Assembly: GCA_036012755.1 (NCBI GenBank)
Contig: DASCPX010000016.1
Location: forward strand, 96,001-160,000
Reading direction: 5' to 3'
From: Myxococcota bacterium
GTDB taxonomy: Bacteria; Myxococcota_A; UBA796; CAJQPC01
DNA length: 64,000 nucleotides
The position numbers and the translations under genes are program-made. The notes beneath the pieces were generated by a model that was not told where the DNA came from, made no database searches, and saw only the letters and a program-made list of their open reading frames with translations. Shown in pieces: positions 38,460 to 47,648 of the stretch. Position 1 is the first letter of the stretch. The number at the start of each line of letters is the position of its first letter.

Positions 38460-39935
38460 ATGGAGATCGAGTGCATCGCACCAGCCACCGGCGAGGTCAT
38501 CGAGACCCTCGTCACCGACACGCCAGAGGACGTGCTGTCCGCGGTCGCCCGCGCCCGCTCTGCCCAGCCCGCCTGGGCTGCCCTCGGCGTCCGCGAGCGG
38601 GCCAGGGTCCTGCAGCGCTTTCGGCGGCTGCTGGTGGAGCGCGGCGAGGAGCTGGCGCAGGCGCTGTCTTTGGAGTGCGGCAAGCCCCGGCTCGAGGCCT
38701 ACATGGCCGAGGTCTTCACGCTGGTCGACCTCGTCGACTACTTCTGCAAGCGGGCAGAGGGCATCCTCGCGGACAAGGAGATCCCACTCCACCTGATGGT
38801 CCAGCGGACCAGCACGCTGCACTACCACCCGCGCGGGGTCGTCGGGATCATCTCCCCCTGGAACTTCCCGCTGGTCATCCCCTTCGGCGACGCCGTCATG
38901 GCGCTGTTGGCTGGAAACGCCGTGGTGCTGAAGCCCTCTGAGGTCACCCCGCTGATCGCCAGGACCGGACGGGAGCTCCTGGTCGAGGCGGGGGTGCCAG
39001 AGGACCTCGTCGGCCTGGTCATCGGCCGCGGGGACATCGGCGCCGCGCTCTGCCGCGCGGACATCGACAAGATGGTCTTCACAGGCAGCGTCGCCACCGG
39101 GAGGAAGGTCGCGGTCGCCTGCGCGCAGAAGCTGATCCCCTGCTCGCTGGAGCTCGGCGGCAAGGCCCCGGCGGTGGTGCTCCCGGACGCGAACATCGAG
39201 CGCACCGCGCGAGCGCTGGTCTACGGCGCCTTCGTCAACAGCGGCCAGGCCTGCGTCAGCGTCGAGAGGGTCTATGCCCACCGCGACATCCACGACCGTC
39301 TCGTGGCTCGCGTGGTCGAGCTGACCAGGAAGCTGCGCCAGGGCGACCCGCAGGACGGAAAGGTCGACGTCGGGGCCATCATCCACGCTCCCCAGGCGGA
39401 GATCGCAGAGGCCCAGGTCGCAGACGCCACCGCGGGGGGCGCCACGGTCGCTGTCGGAGGTCACCGCCTCGAGGGGCCCGGCCAGTTCTTCGAGCCCACG
39501 GTGCTGACCGGGGTGCGGCAACAGATGAAGGTGATGCGCGAGGAGACCTTCGGCCCGCTGTTGCCGATCTGCTCGGTGGACTCGGTGGAGCAGGCCATCG
39601 AGCTGGCCAACGACACGCACCTGGGGCTGATGGCCTATGTCTTCTCCGGGAGCTCGAGGAAGGGGGACGCGGTCGCCCGGAGGCTCGTCGCCGGCACCGT
39701 GATGGTGAACGACGTGCTGAACACCTACGCCATGCCGGAGACCCCGTGGGCAGGCCTCAAGCAGAGCGGGCTGGGCCGCGTCCACAGCGACGACGGCCTG
39801 CGCGACATGTGCCAGACGCGCCACCTGAACGTCCCCTGGCTGCCGGCGCTCTCTCGCGAGCCGTGGTGGTACCCCTACAGCGAGCGCACCTACCGCTGGA
39901 TGCGGCGCCTGATCGGGCTCCTCTACCGTTGGTGA
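38460..39935 (+). CDS. Aldehyde dehydrogenase
   Basis: ISPWNFP, LKPSE, FTGS, LELGGK, NSGQAC, EETFGP. Confidence 0.95.
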   Translation: MEIECIAPATGEVIETLVTDTPEDVLSAVARARSAQPAWAALGVRERARVLQRFRRLLVERGEELAQALSLECGKPRLEAYMAEVFTLVDLVDYFCKRAEGILADKEIPLHLMVQRTSTLHYHPRGVVGIISPWNFPLVIPFGDAVMALLAGNAVVLKPSEVTPLIARTGRELLVEAGVPEDLVGLVIGRGDIGAALCRADIDKMVFTGSVATGRKVAVACAQKLIPCSLELGGKAPAVVLPDANIERTARALVYGAFVNSGQACVSVERVYAHRDIHDRLVARVVELTRKLRQGDPQDGKVDVGAIIHAPQAEIAEAQVADATAGGATVAVGGHRLEGPGQFFEPTVLTGVRQQMKVMREETFGPLLPICSVDSVEQAIELANDTHLGLMAYVFSGSSRKGDAVARRLVAGTVMVNDVLNTYAMPETPWAGLKQSGLGRVHSDDGLRDMCQTRHLNVPWLPALSREPWWYPYSERTYRWMRRLIGLLYRW

Positions 39936-39943
39936 GATATTGC

Positions 39944-39970
39944 AGAGTGTAAGGTGTCACCTTACACTTT
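39944..39970. promoter_or_regulatory. 27-bp palindromic operator, copy 4, overlapping a sigma-70-like promoter
   Basis: AGAGTGTAAGGTG-T-CACCTTACACTTT (perfect 11-bp arms); TTGCAG-N17-TACACT at 39940-39968. Confidence 0.9.
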
Positions 39971-39992
39971 TCATGCAACCAAGGAGTCCCCC

Positions 39993-40328
39993 GTGGAGAT
40001 CACCATTCGCGACATCTTCCAGGCCATGCCCGACCGCTTCAACGCAGAAGCAGCGGAGGGCTGGACCTCCGACATCCAGTTCCACTTCAGCGGCGACGGC
40101 GGCGACGAGGACTGGTGTCTGCGCGTCGCCGATCAGACCTGCACGGTCATCGAGGGCACGGTGGACACGCCGAGCGCGACCATTCGCACCAGCTCCGGCA
40201 CCTGGATCGGCATGATCACTGGCGACGTCGACCCGATGGTCGCCTTTGCCGGGGGTCTGCTGAAGATCGAGGGCAACATCGGCGACGTCATGCGCCTCCA
40301 GAGCCCCGTCCTCTTCCGCCGCGTCTAG
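39993..40328 (+). CDS. SCP2 sterol/lipid-binding domain protein
   Basis: IQFHFSG...W...DPMVAFAGGLLKIEGNIG; AAGGAG RBS. Confidence 0.88.
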   Translation: MEITIRDIFQAMPDRFNAEAAEGWTSDIQFHFSGDGGDEDWCLRVADQTCTVIEGTVDTPSATIRTSSGTWIGMITGDVDPMVAFAGGLLKIEGNIGDVMRLQSPVLFRRV

Positions 40329-40331
40329 CCT

Positions 40332-42347
40332 GTGGGCCTCCTCGACGGGCGGGTCGCCGTGATCACCGGTGCCGGCGGGGGCCTGGGGCGCGCCTACGCC
40401 CTGCTCTTCGCCGCAGAGGGTGCCCGGGTGGTCGTCAACGACCTCGGCGGGGACCGGCACGGCAGCGGCACCGACAGCTCCGCGGCAGACCGCGTCGTCG
40501 ATGAGATCCGCGCCGCTGGTGGCGAGGCCGTCGCCGATCACCACAGCGTGGTCGGCGAGGGCGCCGAGATCATCGCCACCGCCCTGCACGAGTACCGCAC
40601 CCTGGACATCCTGGTGAACAACGCCGGGATCCTGCGGGACAAGTCCCTCGTCAAGATGACAGAGGCCATGTGGGACGCAGTGATCGCGGTCCACCTCCGC
40701 GGCACCTTCGAGTGCACCCAGGCCGCAGCGAAGGTCATGCGCGAGCTCCGCTACGGCCGCGTCTTGAACACCAGCTCGCTCTCGGGGCTGATCGGCAACT
40801 TCGGGCAGTCCAACTACGGCGCGGCCAAGGCGGGCGTCGCGGGCTTCACCCGGGTCGTCGCCAAGGAGCTCGCCAGCCGGGGCATCACGGTCAACGCCAT
40901 CGCCCCGATGGCCAAGACGCGGATGACCGAGGAGCTCGACATGGTGCCCTCCTCGATCCGACCGGAGCACATCGCCCCGGTGGCGCTGTGGCTGTGCTCG
41001 GACCTGGCCAGCGAGGTGACCGGGCGGGTCTTCGGCGCGCACGGCGCCCAGGTCTTCGAGTACCGCATGGTGCCCACCCGCGGCGTGACCACGGAGGGCA
41101 CGTGGACCGCCCGAGAGCTGGCCTCGCGCCTCTCGGAGATCGAGGCCCTCGACGGCCTCGAGGTGCCCGAAGAGCCCATCGAGACCACGCGGCGTCCATC
41201 AGAGGCCGCGCGCGCGATCTTCGAGAAGATGCCGGCGGCCTTCGTGCCGGAGAGAGCGGAGGGCTTCTCGGCGGTCATCCACTTCGCCATCGGCTCGGAC
41301 GTCGTCCACACCTTGACCATCGGTGATGGGGTGTGCTCGGGCGCCGAGGGGGCGGTGGGCGAGCCGGACTGCACGCTCACCTACGACAGCGAGCAGGTCT
41401 TCCTCGACACCTCCAGCGGCAAGCTCGACCGGCAAAAGGCCTTCATCGAGGGCCTGGTCCGAGCGGACGACCTCCAGATCCTGATGCGCTTCGCCCAGGT
41501 CCTGGACCCCCGCCGCGCGCGGGGTGAGCGCATCAGGGCCGGCGTGAACCGGGACTGCATCGGCCGCCGCGTCGAGGCCGACCACCGCTTCACCCGCGAG
41601 GAGATGATCGCCTACGCCGAGGCCACCTCTGACCCGAACCCCGGGATCCGATCTGGGGAGCGCGCCCCGCCGCTGGTGTCGGTGCTCCCGTTGATCCGGC
41701 TCGCCGGGATGATCGTGCTCGACCCGGAGCTCGGCGCCGACGTGCTGCGGCTGGTGCACGGCGAGCAGGACCTGCGCTTCCACGCGCCGGTTCCCTCCGG
41801 AGTACCGCTGAAGGTCGACGGGGTGCTCGCGCAGGTGGAGACCAAGGACTCGGGAGAGCTGCTGCGCATCGAGCAGACCCTGGTGGGGCCCGAGGGGCTC
41901 CTGGTCTCTGCGGTGACCAGCTTCTTCATCCGGGCGGCGACCCGCTCCGGCGCGAAGCGGACGAGGCCCCCGGAGCGGGTCGATGCGCCGGCGTTCTCGC
42001 GGACCGTCGATGTCGCCGCCGACCAGTCCCTTCGATACGCCGCAGCGAGCGGAGACCAGAATCCGATCCACACGGACGACGCCACCGCGCGGGCCGCCGG
42101 TCACCCGGGGATGATCCTCCACGGGCTGTGCACCATGGCCTTCGCTGGCCAGGCGGTCGTCGAGGAGCACCTCGGCGGCGACGTCTCGCGCCTGCGCCGG
42201 CTGAAGGTCCGCTTCGACGCGCCTGTGCTGCCGGGACAGCGCCTCACCACCCGGGGCTGGTCGGGTGATGGTGGGGTCGAGTTCACCGTGACCAACGAGG
42301 GCGGCCAGTCGGTGATCACCAAGGGCATCGCGGAGGTCGAGCCATGA
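40332..42347 (+). CDS. Multifunctional SDR dehydrogenase - SCP2 - MaoC (hydratase-2) fusion
   Basis: TGAGGGLG, VVNDLGG, NNAGILRD, GNFGQSNYGAAK; central SCP2; VHGEQ and YAAASGDQNPIH...ILHGLCT. Confidence 0.92.
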   Translation: MGLLDGRVAVITGAGGGLGRAYALLFAAEGARVVVNDLGGDRHGSGTDSSAADRVVDEIRAAGGEAVADHHSVVGEGAEIIATALHEYRTLDILVNNAGILRDKSLVKMTEAMWDAVIAVHLRGTFECTQAAAKVMRELRYGRVLNTSSLSGLIGNFGQSNYGAAKAGVAGFTRVVAKELASRGITVNAIAPMAKTRMTEELDMVPSSIRPEHIAPVALWLCSDLASEVTGRVFGAHGAQVFEYRMVPTRGVTTEGTWTARELASRLSEIEALDGLEVPEEPIETTRRPSEAARAIFEKMPAAFVPERAEGFSAVIHFAIGSDVVHTLTIGDGVCSGAEGAVGEPDCTLTYDSEQVFLDTSSGKLDRQKAFIEGLVRADDLQILMRFAQVLDPRRARGERIRAGVNRDCIGRRVEADHRFTREEMIAYAEATSDPNPGIRSGERAPPLVSVLPLIRLAGMIVLDPELGADVLRLVHGEQDLRFHAPVPSGVPLKVDGVLAQVETKDSGELLRIEQTLVGPEGLLVSAVTSFFIRAATRSGAKRTRPPERVDAPAFSRTVDVAADQSLRYAAASGDQNPIHTDDATARAAGHPGMILHGLCTMAFAGQAVVEEHLGGDVSRLRRLKVRFDAPVLPGQRLTTRGWSGDGGVEFTVTNEGGQSVITKGIAEVEP

Positions 42348-43885
42348 GCATGCGAGAGAAGGTCAGCGAACTCCACGCCCGGCGCGAGAAGATCCGGGAG
42401 ATGGGGGGGGAGAAGCGGGTCGCCCGCCAGCACGACAAGGGCAAGCTCACGGCGCGCGAGCGCATCGACAAGCTGCTCGATCCGGACACCTTCCTGGAGC
42501 TGGGCATCCTGGGCAGCGAGTACGAGCGGCCCCACCTGCCAGCGGACGGTGTGATCACCGGCATCGGTGACATCGACGGCCGCAAGGTCTGCGTCGCCGC
42601 CTACGACTTCACGGTGCGAGGCGGCTCGATCGGCCTGGTGAGCGAGCGCAAGGTCACGCGGCTGCGGGAGATCGCCTTGCGTGACCGCATCCCGATGGTC
42701 TGGCTGGTGGACTCCGCTGGAGCGCGCCTGGACCCCCGGCCAGAGAACATCGAGAAGATCCCGATGTTCGCCGACAGCGGCTACCTCTTCCGCGAGCAGG
42801 TCGTGATGAGCGGGGTCGTGCCGCAGGTCTCGGCGATGGTCGGCCCCGGCTACGCGGGCACGGCCTACATCCCCGGGCTGGCCGACTTCGTGCCCATGGT
42901 GAAGGGCCACAGCGCGATGGCCCTGGCCGGACCGGCGCTGGTCGAGGCCGCCGTCGGCGAGGCGATCTCCGAGGAGGAGCTCGGCGGCTCCGAGCTCCAC
43001 AACCGCCACTCCGGCGTGGCGGACCAGGAGGTGGACAGCGACGAGGACTGCCTGGAGATGGTGCGGGAGTACCTCTCCTTCTTCCCCTCGAGCTGCGAGG
43101 ACAAGCCGCCACGCCGCGAGGGCGCGCCCGGGCGTGGGCTCATCGACGACGCCATCCTGGACGTGCTGCCCGACGACACTCGCTTCACCTACGACATGCG
43201 CAAGCTCGTCCCGATGATCCTCGACGACGGCCTCCTCGAGATGAAGCCGCTCTTCGCTCGCTCGCTGGTGACCGGTCTTGGACGCATCGCCGGCTTCCCG
43301 ATCGGGGTCGTCGCGAACAACCCGAAGTACCTCGGCGGCGTCCTGGACTCCCAGTCCAGCTACAAGGCCGCGCGCTTCGTCAGCCTCTGCGACGCCTTCA
43401 ACATCCCCCTGTTGTTCCTGGTGGACGTGCCGGGCTTCGTGGTCGGCTCCCACGCAGAGAAGAGCGGCATCATCAACGCCGGCTCGCGCATGCTCTTCGA
43501 GGTCGCCCGGGCCACGGTGCCCAAGTTCACGGTGGTCATCCGGAAGGGCTACGGCGCCGGCTACTACGTGATGAACGGCCGCGCCTTCGAGCCAGACCTC
43601 ATCGTCGCCTGGCCGACGGCCGAGATCTCGGTCATGGGCGCGGAGGGCATGCTCGGTATCTCGGGCAACAAACTCCTCCAGCACGCCCCGGATCCAGAGG
43701 CCATGAAGGCCCAGATGATCGAAGCCATCAAGGGCTACATCACGCCCTACCAGGTCGCCCGCCGCGGCCTCGTCGACGACGTCATCGATCCCCGTGAGAC
43801 TCGGAACGTCTTGATCACGGGCCTGGAGATGACCCGCAACAAGCACGTCGAGCGCCCGGCCCGGAGGCACCTCGTCACGCCCTGA
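42344..43885 (+). CDS. Acyl-CoA carboxylase carboxyltransferase (beta) subunit
   Basis: GKLTARERI, DFTVRGGS, DSAGAR, DVPGF, VDDVIDPRETR. Confidence 0.93.
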   Translation: MSMREKVSELHARREKIREMGGEKRVARQHDKGKLTARERIDKLLDPDTFLELGILGSEYERPHLPADGVITGIGDIDGRKVCVAAYDFTVRGGSIGLVSERKVTRLREIALRDRIPMVWLVDSAGARLDPRPENIEKIPMFADSGYLFREQVVMSGVVPQVSAMVGPGYAGTAYIPGLADFVPMVKGHSAMALAGPALVEAAVGEAISEEELGGSELHNRHSGVADQEVDSDEDCLEMVREYLSFFPSSCEDKPPRREGAPGRGLIDDAILDVLPDDTRFTYDMRKLVPMILDDGLLEMKPLFARSLVTGLGRIAGFPIGVVANNPKYLGGVLDSQSSYKAARFVSLCDAFNIPLLFLVDVPGFVVGSHAEKSGIINAGSRMLFEVARATVPKFTVVIRKGYGAGYYVMNGRAFEPDLIVAWPTAEISVMGAEGMLGISGNKLLQHAPDPEAMKAQMIEAIKGYITPYQVARRGLVDDVIDPRETRNVLITGLEMTRNKHVERPARRHLVTP

Positions 43886-43894
43886 GGCGCCCCC

Positions 43895-45094
43895 CTACTT
43901 CGCGGCCTTCGCGGCCCGCAGCGAGGGATAGCCGAAGAGCCTTCGGGCGAGCACGATGCGCTGGATCTCGCCGGTGCCTTCGAAGATGTCGAAGACCTTC
44001 ACGTCCCGGAAGCACTTCTCGATCAGCCGGTCCTGGACACCGGCGAGCCCGGTGACGTCCATGGCCGCCTCGCACGCGAACAGGCCAGCCGGTGGGGCAT
44101 GGACCTTCGCCATCGAGGCCTCCAGCGTGTTGGTCTCGCGGTGGTCCATCTTCCAGGCGGCGCGCCAGCAGAGCAGCCGCGCGGCGTCGAGGCGACGGCG
44201 TGCCTCTGCCAGCCTCTGCAGGGCCAGGACCTCTGCGGTCGCCGTCGGGCGTGAGCCGAAGGCTGCGGCGGCGATCTCCACCGCTCGCTCCCAGGCACAA
44301 CGTCCGATGCCCACCGCCATCGCCGCGACCATCGGCCGCGACAGGTCGAAGGTCGCCATCGCTGTCTTGAAGCCCGACTTCGAGTCGCCGCCGAGCATGT
44401 TGGCGGCCGGCACGCGGCAGTTGTCCAGGAAGAGCGAAGCGGTCTCAGAGGCCGTCAGCCCCATCTTCTTCTCGATGCGGCCCACCCCGAAGCCGGGGGT
44501 CGACTTCTCTACGACGAAGGCACGCTGGCCCGCCCTCCCGAGGGAGGGATCCACCGTGGCGAAGACGATCACCCAGGCGGCCCGGGCTCCGTTCGTGATG
44601 AACATCTTGTCGCCGTCGAGGACGTAGTGATCGCCCTCTCTCCGCGCCGTCGTCCCGATGCGCGCCACGTCGCTTCCCGCGCCCGACTCGGTCGTCGCGT
44701 AGGCTCCCCATGCGGGTCTCTCCGGGTCCGAGAAGGGCTCGTCCAGGAACCTCTTCTTCTGCTCCGGTGTGCCCAGGATGCGCAGCGGCGGTCCGCCCAG
44801 TCCGGGGCCCGGCAGGGACATCATCACGCCCTGGTCCCAGTAGGCGAGCTCCTCGGCCACGATGATCGCGGCTCGACCCACCCGCGAGGGACCGTCGCCC
44901 GAGCCCTTGCCGGTTCCACGAAGGCCGAATCGCAGGCCGGTACGGTTGAAGGCGACGAAGACCGGGTGGTCTTCTGGCAGGGGCTCGCCGAGGGCCTCCG
45001 CCTCCAGCCCGGCGGGCCGGAGGAGGGACTTGCCGACATGTCGCATCATCAGCAGGACGTTGGTGAATCCGGTGTCCAGGGTGGCGTCGATCAT
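43895..45094 (-). CDS. Acyl-CoA dehydrogenase (FadE23-like)
   Basis: ATTESGAGSD, GDKMFITNG, KKMGLTASET, DIFEGTGEIQR. Confidence 0.92.
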   Translation of the reverse strand: MIDATLDTGFTNVLLMMRHVGKSLLRPAGLEAEALGEPLPEDHPVFVAFNRTGLRFGLRGTGKGSGDGPSRVGRAAIIVAEELAYWDQGVMMSLPGPGLGGPPLRILGTPEQKKRFLDEPFSDPERPAWGAYATTESGAGSDVARIGTTARREGDHYVLDGDKMFITNGARAAWVIVFATVDPSLGRAGQRAFVVEKSTPGFGVGRIEKKMGLTASETASLFLDNCRVPAANMLGGDSKSGFKTAMATFDLSRPMVAAMAVGIGRCAWERAVEIAAAAFGSRPTATAEVLALQRLAEARRRLDAARLLCWRAAWKMDHRETNTLEASMAKVHAPPAGLFACEAAMDVTGLAGVQDRLIEKCFRDVKVFDIFEGTGEIQRIVLARRLFGYPSLRAAKAAK

Positions 45095-46026
45095 GGGGCC
45101 AGCTCCAGGGCGCTCGGGAGGTTCAAGAGGCCATCGACAGCGTCGGTCTCCGCGGCCAAGGAGCCGCCGAAGAGGGCGCCGATCGCCCGGATGTCGCGCA
45201 TGCGCTTCTCGACCCGGTGGTCGGTCAGGTAGCCGTGGCCGCCCAACACCTGCACCGCGCAGTCGGCCGCGCTGGCGGCGGCGCTGTGGGCGTAGACGAC
45301 CGCGTTGGCCAGGAGCGCCTCGTTCGCATGGCCGCAGACCGATCCCACCAGGAGTTCCGCCGCGTCGAGCTCGGTTGCGCAGTCCGCCAGCTTGAAGGCC
45401 AGGCCCTGGTGGTGGGCGATGGGTCTGCCGAAGGCGACTCGCTCTTGGGCGTACTCCACGGCTGCCCCGTAGGCGTCTCGCGCGGCGCCGAGCATCAGGG
45501 CTGCCGCGAAGACCCGCAGGATCCGCTCGATGTCCGTCGCCTCGATGGCCTGGACCGGGTCGTCCAGCGACACCGAGATGCCCCCACAGGCCCGGAGCCC
45601 GCAGGGCCTCGTCACGGCCTCCCAGCGCGGGTCCTCCACGATCCAGACGCGCTGCCCGACGATCGCGAGCCAGTCCAGCCGCCGGCGAGGCAGCCATGCC
45701 AGCTCGCCGGTGACTCGGCCATCCGAGATCGAGAGGCCTTCTTCCACCACGATCGCGCCGAGGCCCGGGCGCTCGAGCCCCGGCCACCGACCGAGTCCCA
45801 GGGGCGCGGAGGGGTCGGCCTCGGCCAGCTTCGCCCAGATCGACATGCGCGTCCCCAGCGGGAGCTCCTCGAGGTCCGCGAAGCCCAGCTCCTCGTACTG
45901 CGCGCACAGCTCGGCCGGGTAGCCGCTGTCCTCGTGTTCCCGCTCCTGCTCGCGCAGCACGGCGCCGAAGCGCGAGGCGGCGTCGAGGAACATCTGCTCC
46001 TCTTCGGTGAGGGTGAAGTCGATCAC
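45091..46026 (-). CDS. Short, divergent acyl-CoA dehydrogenase-like subunit (FadE24-like partner)
   Basis: IDFTLTEEEQM, ERVAFGRPIAHHQGLAF, VQVLGGHGYLTDHRVEKRMRD; ATGA overlap with the downstream gene. Confidence 0.88.
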   Translation of the reverse strand: MIDFTLTEEEQMFLDAASRFGAVLREQEREHEDSGYPAELCAQYEELGFADLEELPLGTRMSIWAKLAEADPSAPLGLGRWPGLERPGLGAIVVEEGLSISDGRVTGELAWLPRRRLDWLAIVGQRVWIVEDPRWEAVTRPCGLRACGGISVSLDDPVQAIEATDIERILRVFAAALMLGAARDAYGAAVEYAQERVAFGRPIAHHQGLAFKLADCATELDAAELLVGSVCGHANEALLANAVVYAHSAAASAADCAVQVLGGHGYLTDHRVEKRMRDIRAIGALFGGSLAAETDAVDGLLNLPSALELAP

Positions 46027-46041
46027 TCCTGGCTCCTGTGT

Positions 46042-46068
46042 TAAGTACGAGGTGTCACCTGATACTTT
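46042..46068. promoter_or_regulatory. 27-bp palindromic operator, copy 5
   Basis: TAAGTACGAGGTG-T-CACCTGATACTTT, between divergent genes. Confidence 0.85.
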
Positions 46069-46086
46069 AGCAAGGCCGGAGTACTC

Positions 46087-47241
46087 GTGCACATCTCGAT
46101 CAGCGGTGTCGGAGCGGTCCCCGTGACCCGCGAGCTGTCCCGTCCGATCCCGGATCTCTGCGCCCAGGTGGCGCGCGAGGCGATGGCCGACGCGGGGCTG
46201 GGCCGAGACGACATCGACGGGCTGTTCGTCACCCCCGCCGCCATGTCCGGTGAGCCCTGGCTGATGTGGGCCGCCAACCTCTCCGAGTTCCTGGGCATCC
46301 CCACCCGCCACCTCGGGCTCTACGAAAACGGTGGCGCCAGCTCGATGCTCGCCCTGCGGAGCGCCATGGACGCCGTCGCCAGCGGGCGCATCGACCACGC
46401 CCTGGTCATCGCCTCGGACACCCGCCCGGACTTCGACTCCAGTCGCTACGAGGCCTTCCTGCGGGTGGTCACTCAGCAAGCCACTGCGCTCTATGGGCCC
46501 TTCCACGCGATCATGGGCCTGGGCACGCCGATCCCCATCTACGCCATGAGCGCCCAGCGCTACCAGCACGAGTACGGCGCCACGGACGAGGACCTCGCCC
46601 GGGTCTCGGTGCGCCTCCGCGGCCACGCCTCCGAGCATCCGCTGGCTCAGTTCCGCAAGCCCATCACCGTCGAAGAGGTCCTCTCCAGTCGCCTCCTGTC
46701 CCCGCCCATTCGCCTGCTGCAGGCCGCCGGGATCTCCAGCGGGGCCTGCGCGGTGGTCGTGAGCCGCGGCCAGGGCGTGCCCATCACCGGCTACGGCGAG
46801 TACCACGACCCCAGCCACTTCATCCCTCGAGACGCGCCCCTGACCCGCTTCGTGTCCGTCGTCGAGGCTGCGAGCGAGGCATTCTCCCAAGCCGGGCGCC
46901 GGCCCGAGCAGGTCGACGTCGCGGAGATCTACGGGGTCTTCGCCGCCACCGAGCTCATGCTCTACGAGGACCTCGGCTTCTGCGAAAAAGGAGAAGGCGC
47001 CGCGTTCGCCAACGGCGGTCACACGACCTGGGGCGGCGATCTGGTCGTCAATCCCACCGGAGGTCGCATCAGCTTCGGGCATCCGGCCGGCGCCACGCCG
47101 ATCTACGAGCTGATCGAGGTCGTCCGCCAGCTCCGAGGCGATGCCCCTGGCCGGCAGGTCCCGGGCGCCCGGGTCGGCCTCGTGCACGCCGAACACGGCA
47201 TGATGAACGGCTCCGTCGTCATGCTGTTGGAGGCTGCGTGA
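46087..47241 (+). CDS. SCP-x-type thiolase-fold protein lacking the nucleophilic Cys
   Basis: ENGGASS, AEIYGVF, EDLGFCEKGEG, NPTGG..SFGHPAGAT. Confidence 0.88.
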   Translation: MHISISGVGAVPVTRELSRPIPDLCAQVAREAMADAGLGRDDIDGLFVTPAAMSGEPWLMWAANLSEFLGIPTRHLGLYENGGASSMLALRSAMDAVASGRIDHALVIASDTRPDFDSSRYEAFLRVVTQQATALYGPFHAIMGLGTPIPIYAMSAQRYQHEYGATDEDLARVSVRLRGHASEHPLAQFRKPITVEEVLSSRLLSPPIRLLQAAGISSGACAVVVSRGQGVPITGYGEYHDPSHFIPRDAPLTRFVSVVEAASEAFSQAGRRPEQVDVAEIYGVFAATELMLYEDLGFCEKGEGAAFANGGHTTWGGDLVVNPTGGRISFGHPAGATPIYELIEVVRQLRGDAPGRQVPGARVGLVHAEHGMMNGSVVMLLEAA

Positions 47242-47648
47242 ACCTGCTCGACGAGTTCAGCGCCCGGTCGCTGTCGCACTTCGGCAACGAGGGCTTCGTG
47301 GAGTTCAGCCGACGCCTGCGCGAGGACGGCCAGGTCTGCTGCACCCGCTGCACGGCCTGCGACAGCCGCGTCTTCCCCCCGCGCAGCCACTGCCCGGACT
47401 GTCTCGGCGAGGAGCTCGGGTGGGAGCCCTTCCCCACCGGCGGCACCATCCACGCCTTCACCACCCAGGCCCGGGCCCTGCGCTTCGCCGCCCCGGCGGT
47501 GATCGGCGTCGTCGACGTGCCAGGCCTGGGCAAGGTCCTCGCCCCCATCGCCGGGAGGATGGAGGAGCTCTCCATCGGGCAGCGGGTCGAGCCAGAGGTC
47601 ATCGAGGCCGCAGAGGGCATCGCCTACTTCCGCTTCGTGGCCACCTGA
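47238..47648 (+). CDS. DUF35 Zn-ribbon/OB-fold protein
   Basis: CTAC...FPPRSHCPDC, GTIHAFT, LSIGQRV; GTGA overlap with the thiolase gene. Confidence 0.9.
   Translation: MNLLDEFSARSLSHFGNEGFVEFSRRLREDGQVCCTRCTACDSRVFPPRSHCPDCLGEELGWEPFPTGGTIHAFTTQARALRFAAPAVIGVVDVPGLGKVLAPIAGRMEELSIGQRVEPEVIEAAEGIAYFRFVAT

Noticed and set aside
33689..46068. The 27-bp palindromes as REP elements, IS ends or terminators
   Set aside because: AT-rich, 1-nt centre, always single and upstream of starts over promoter elements; no transposase. An operator fits better.
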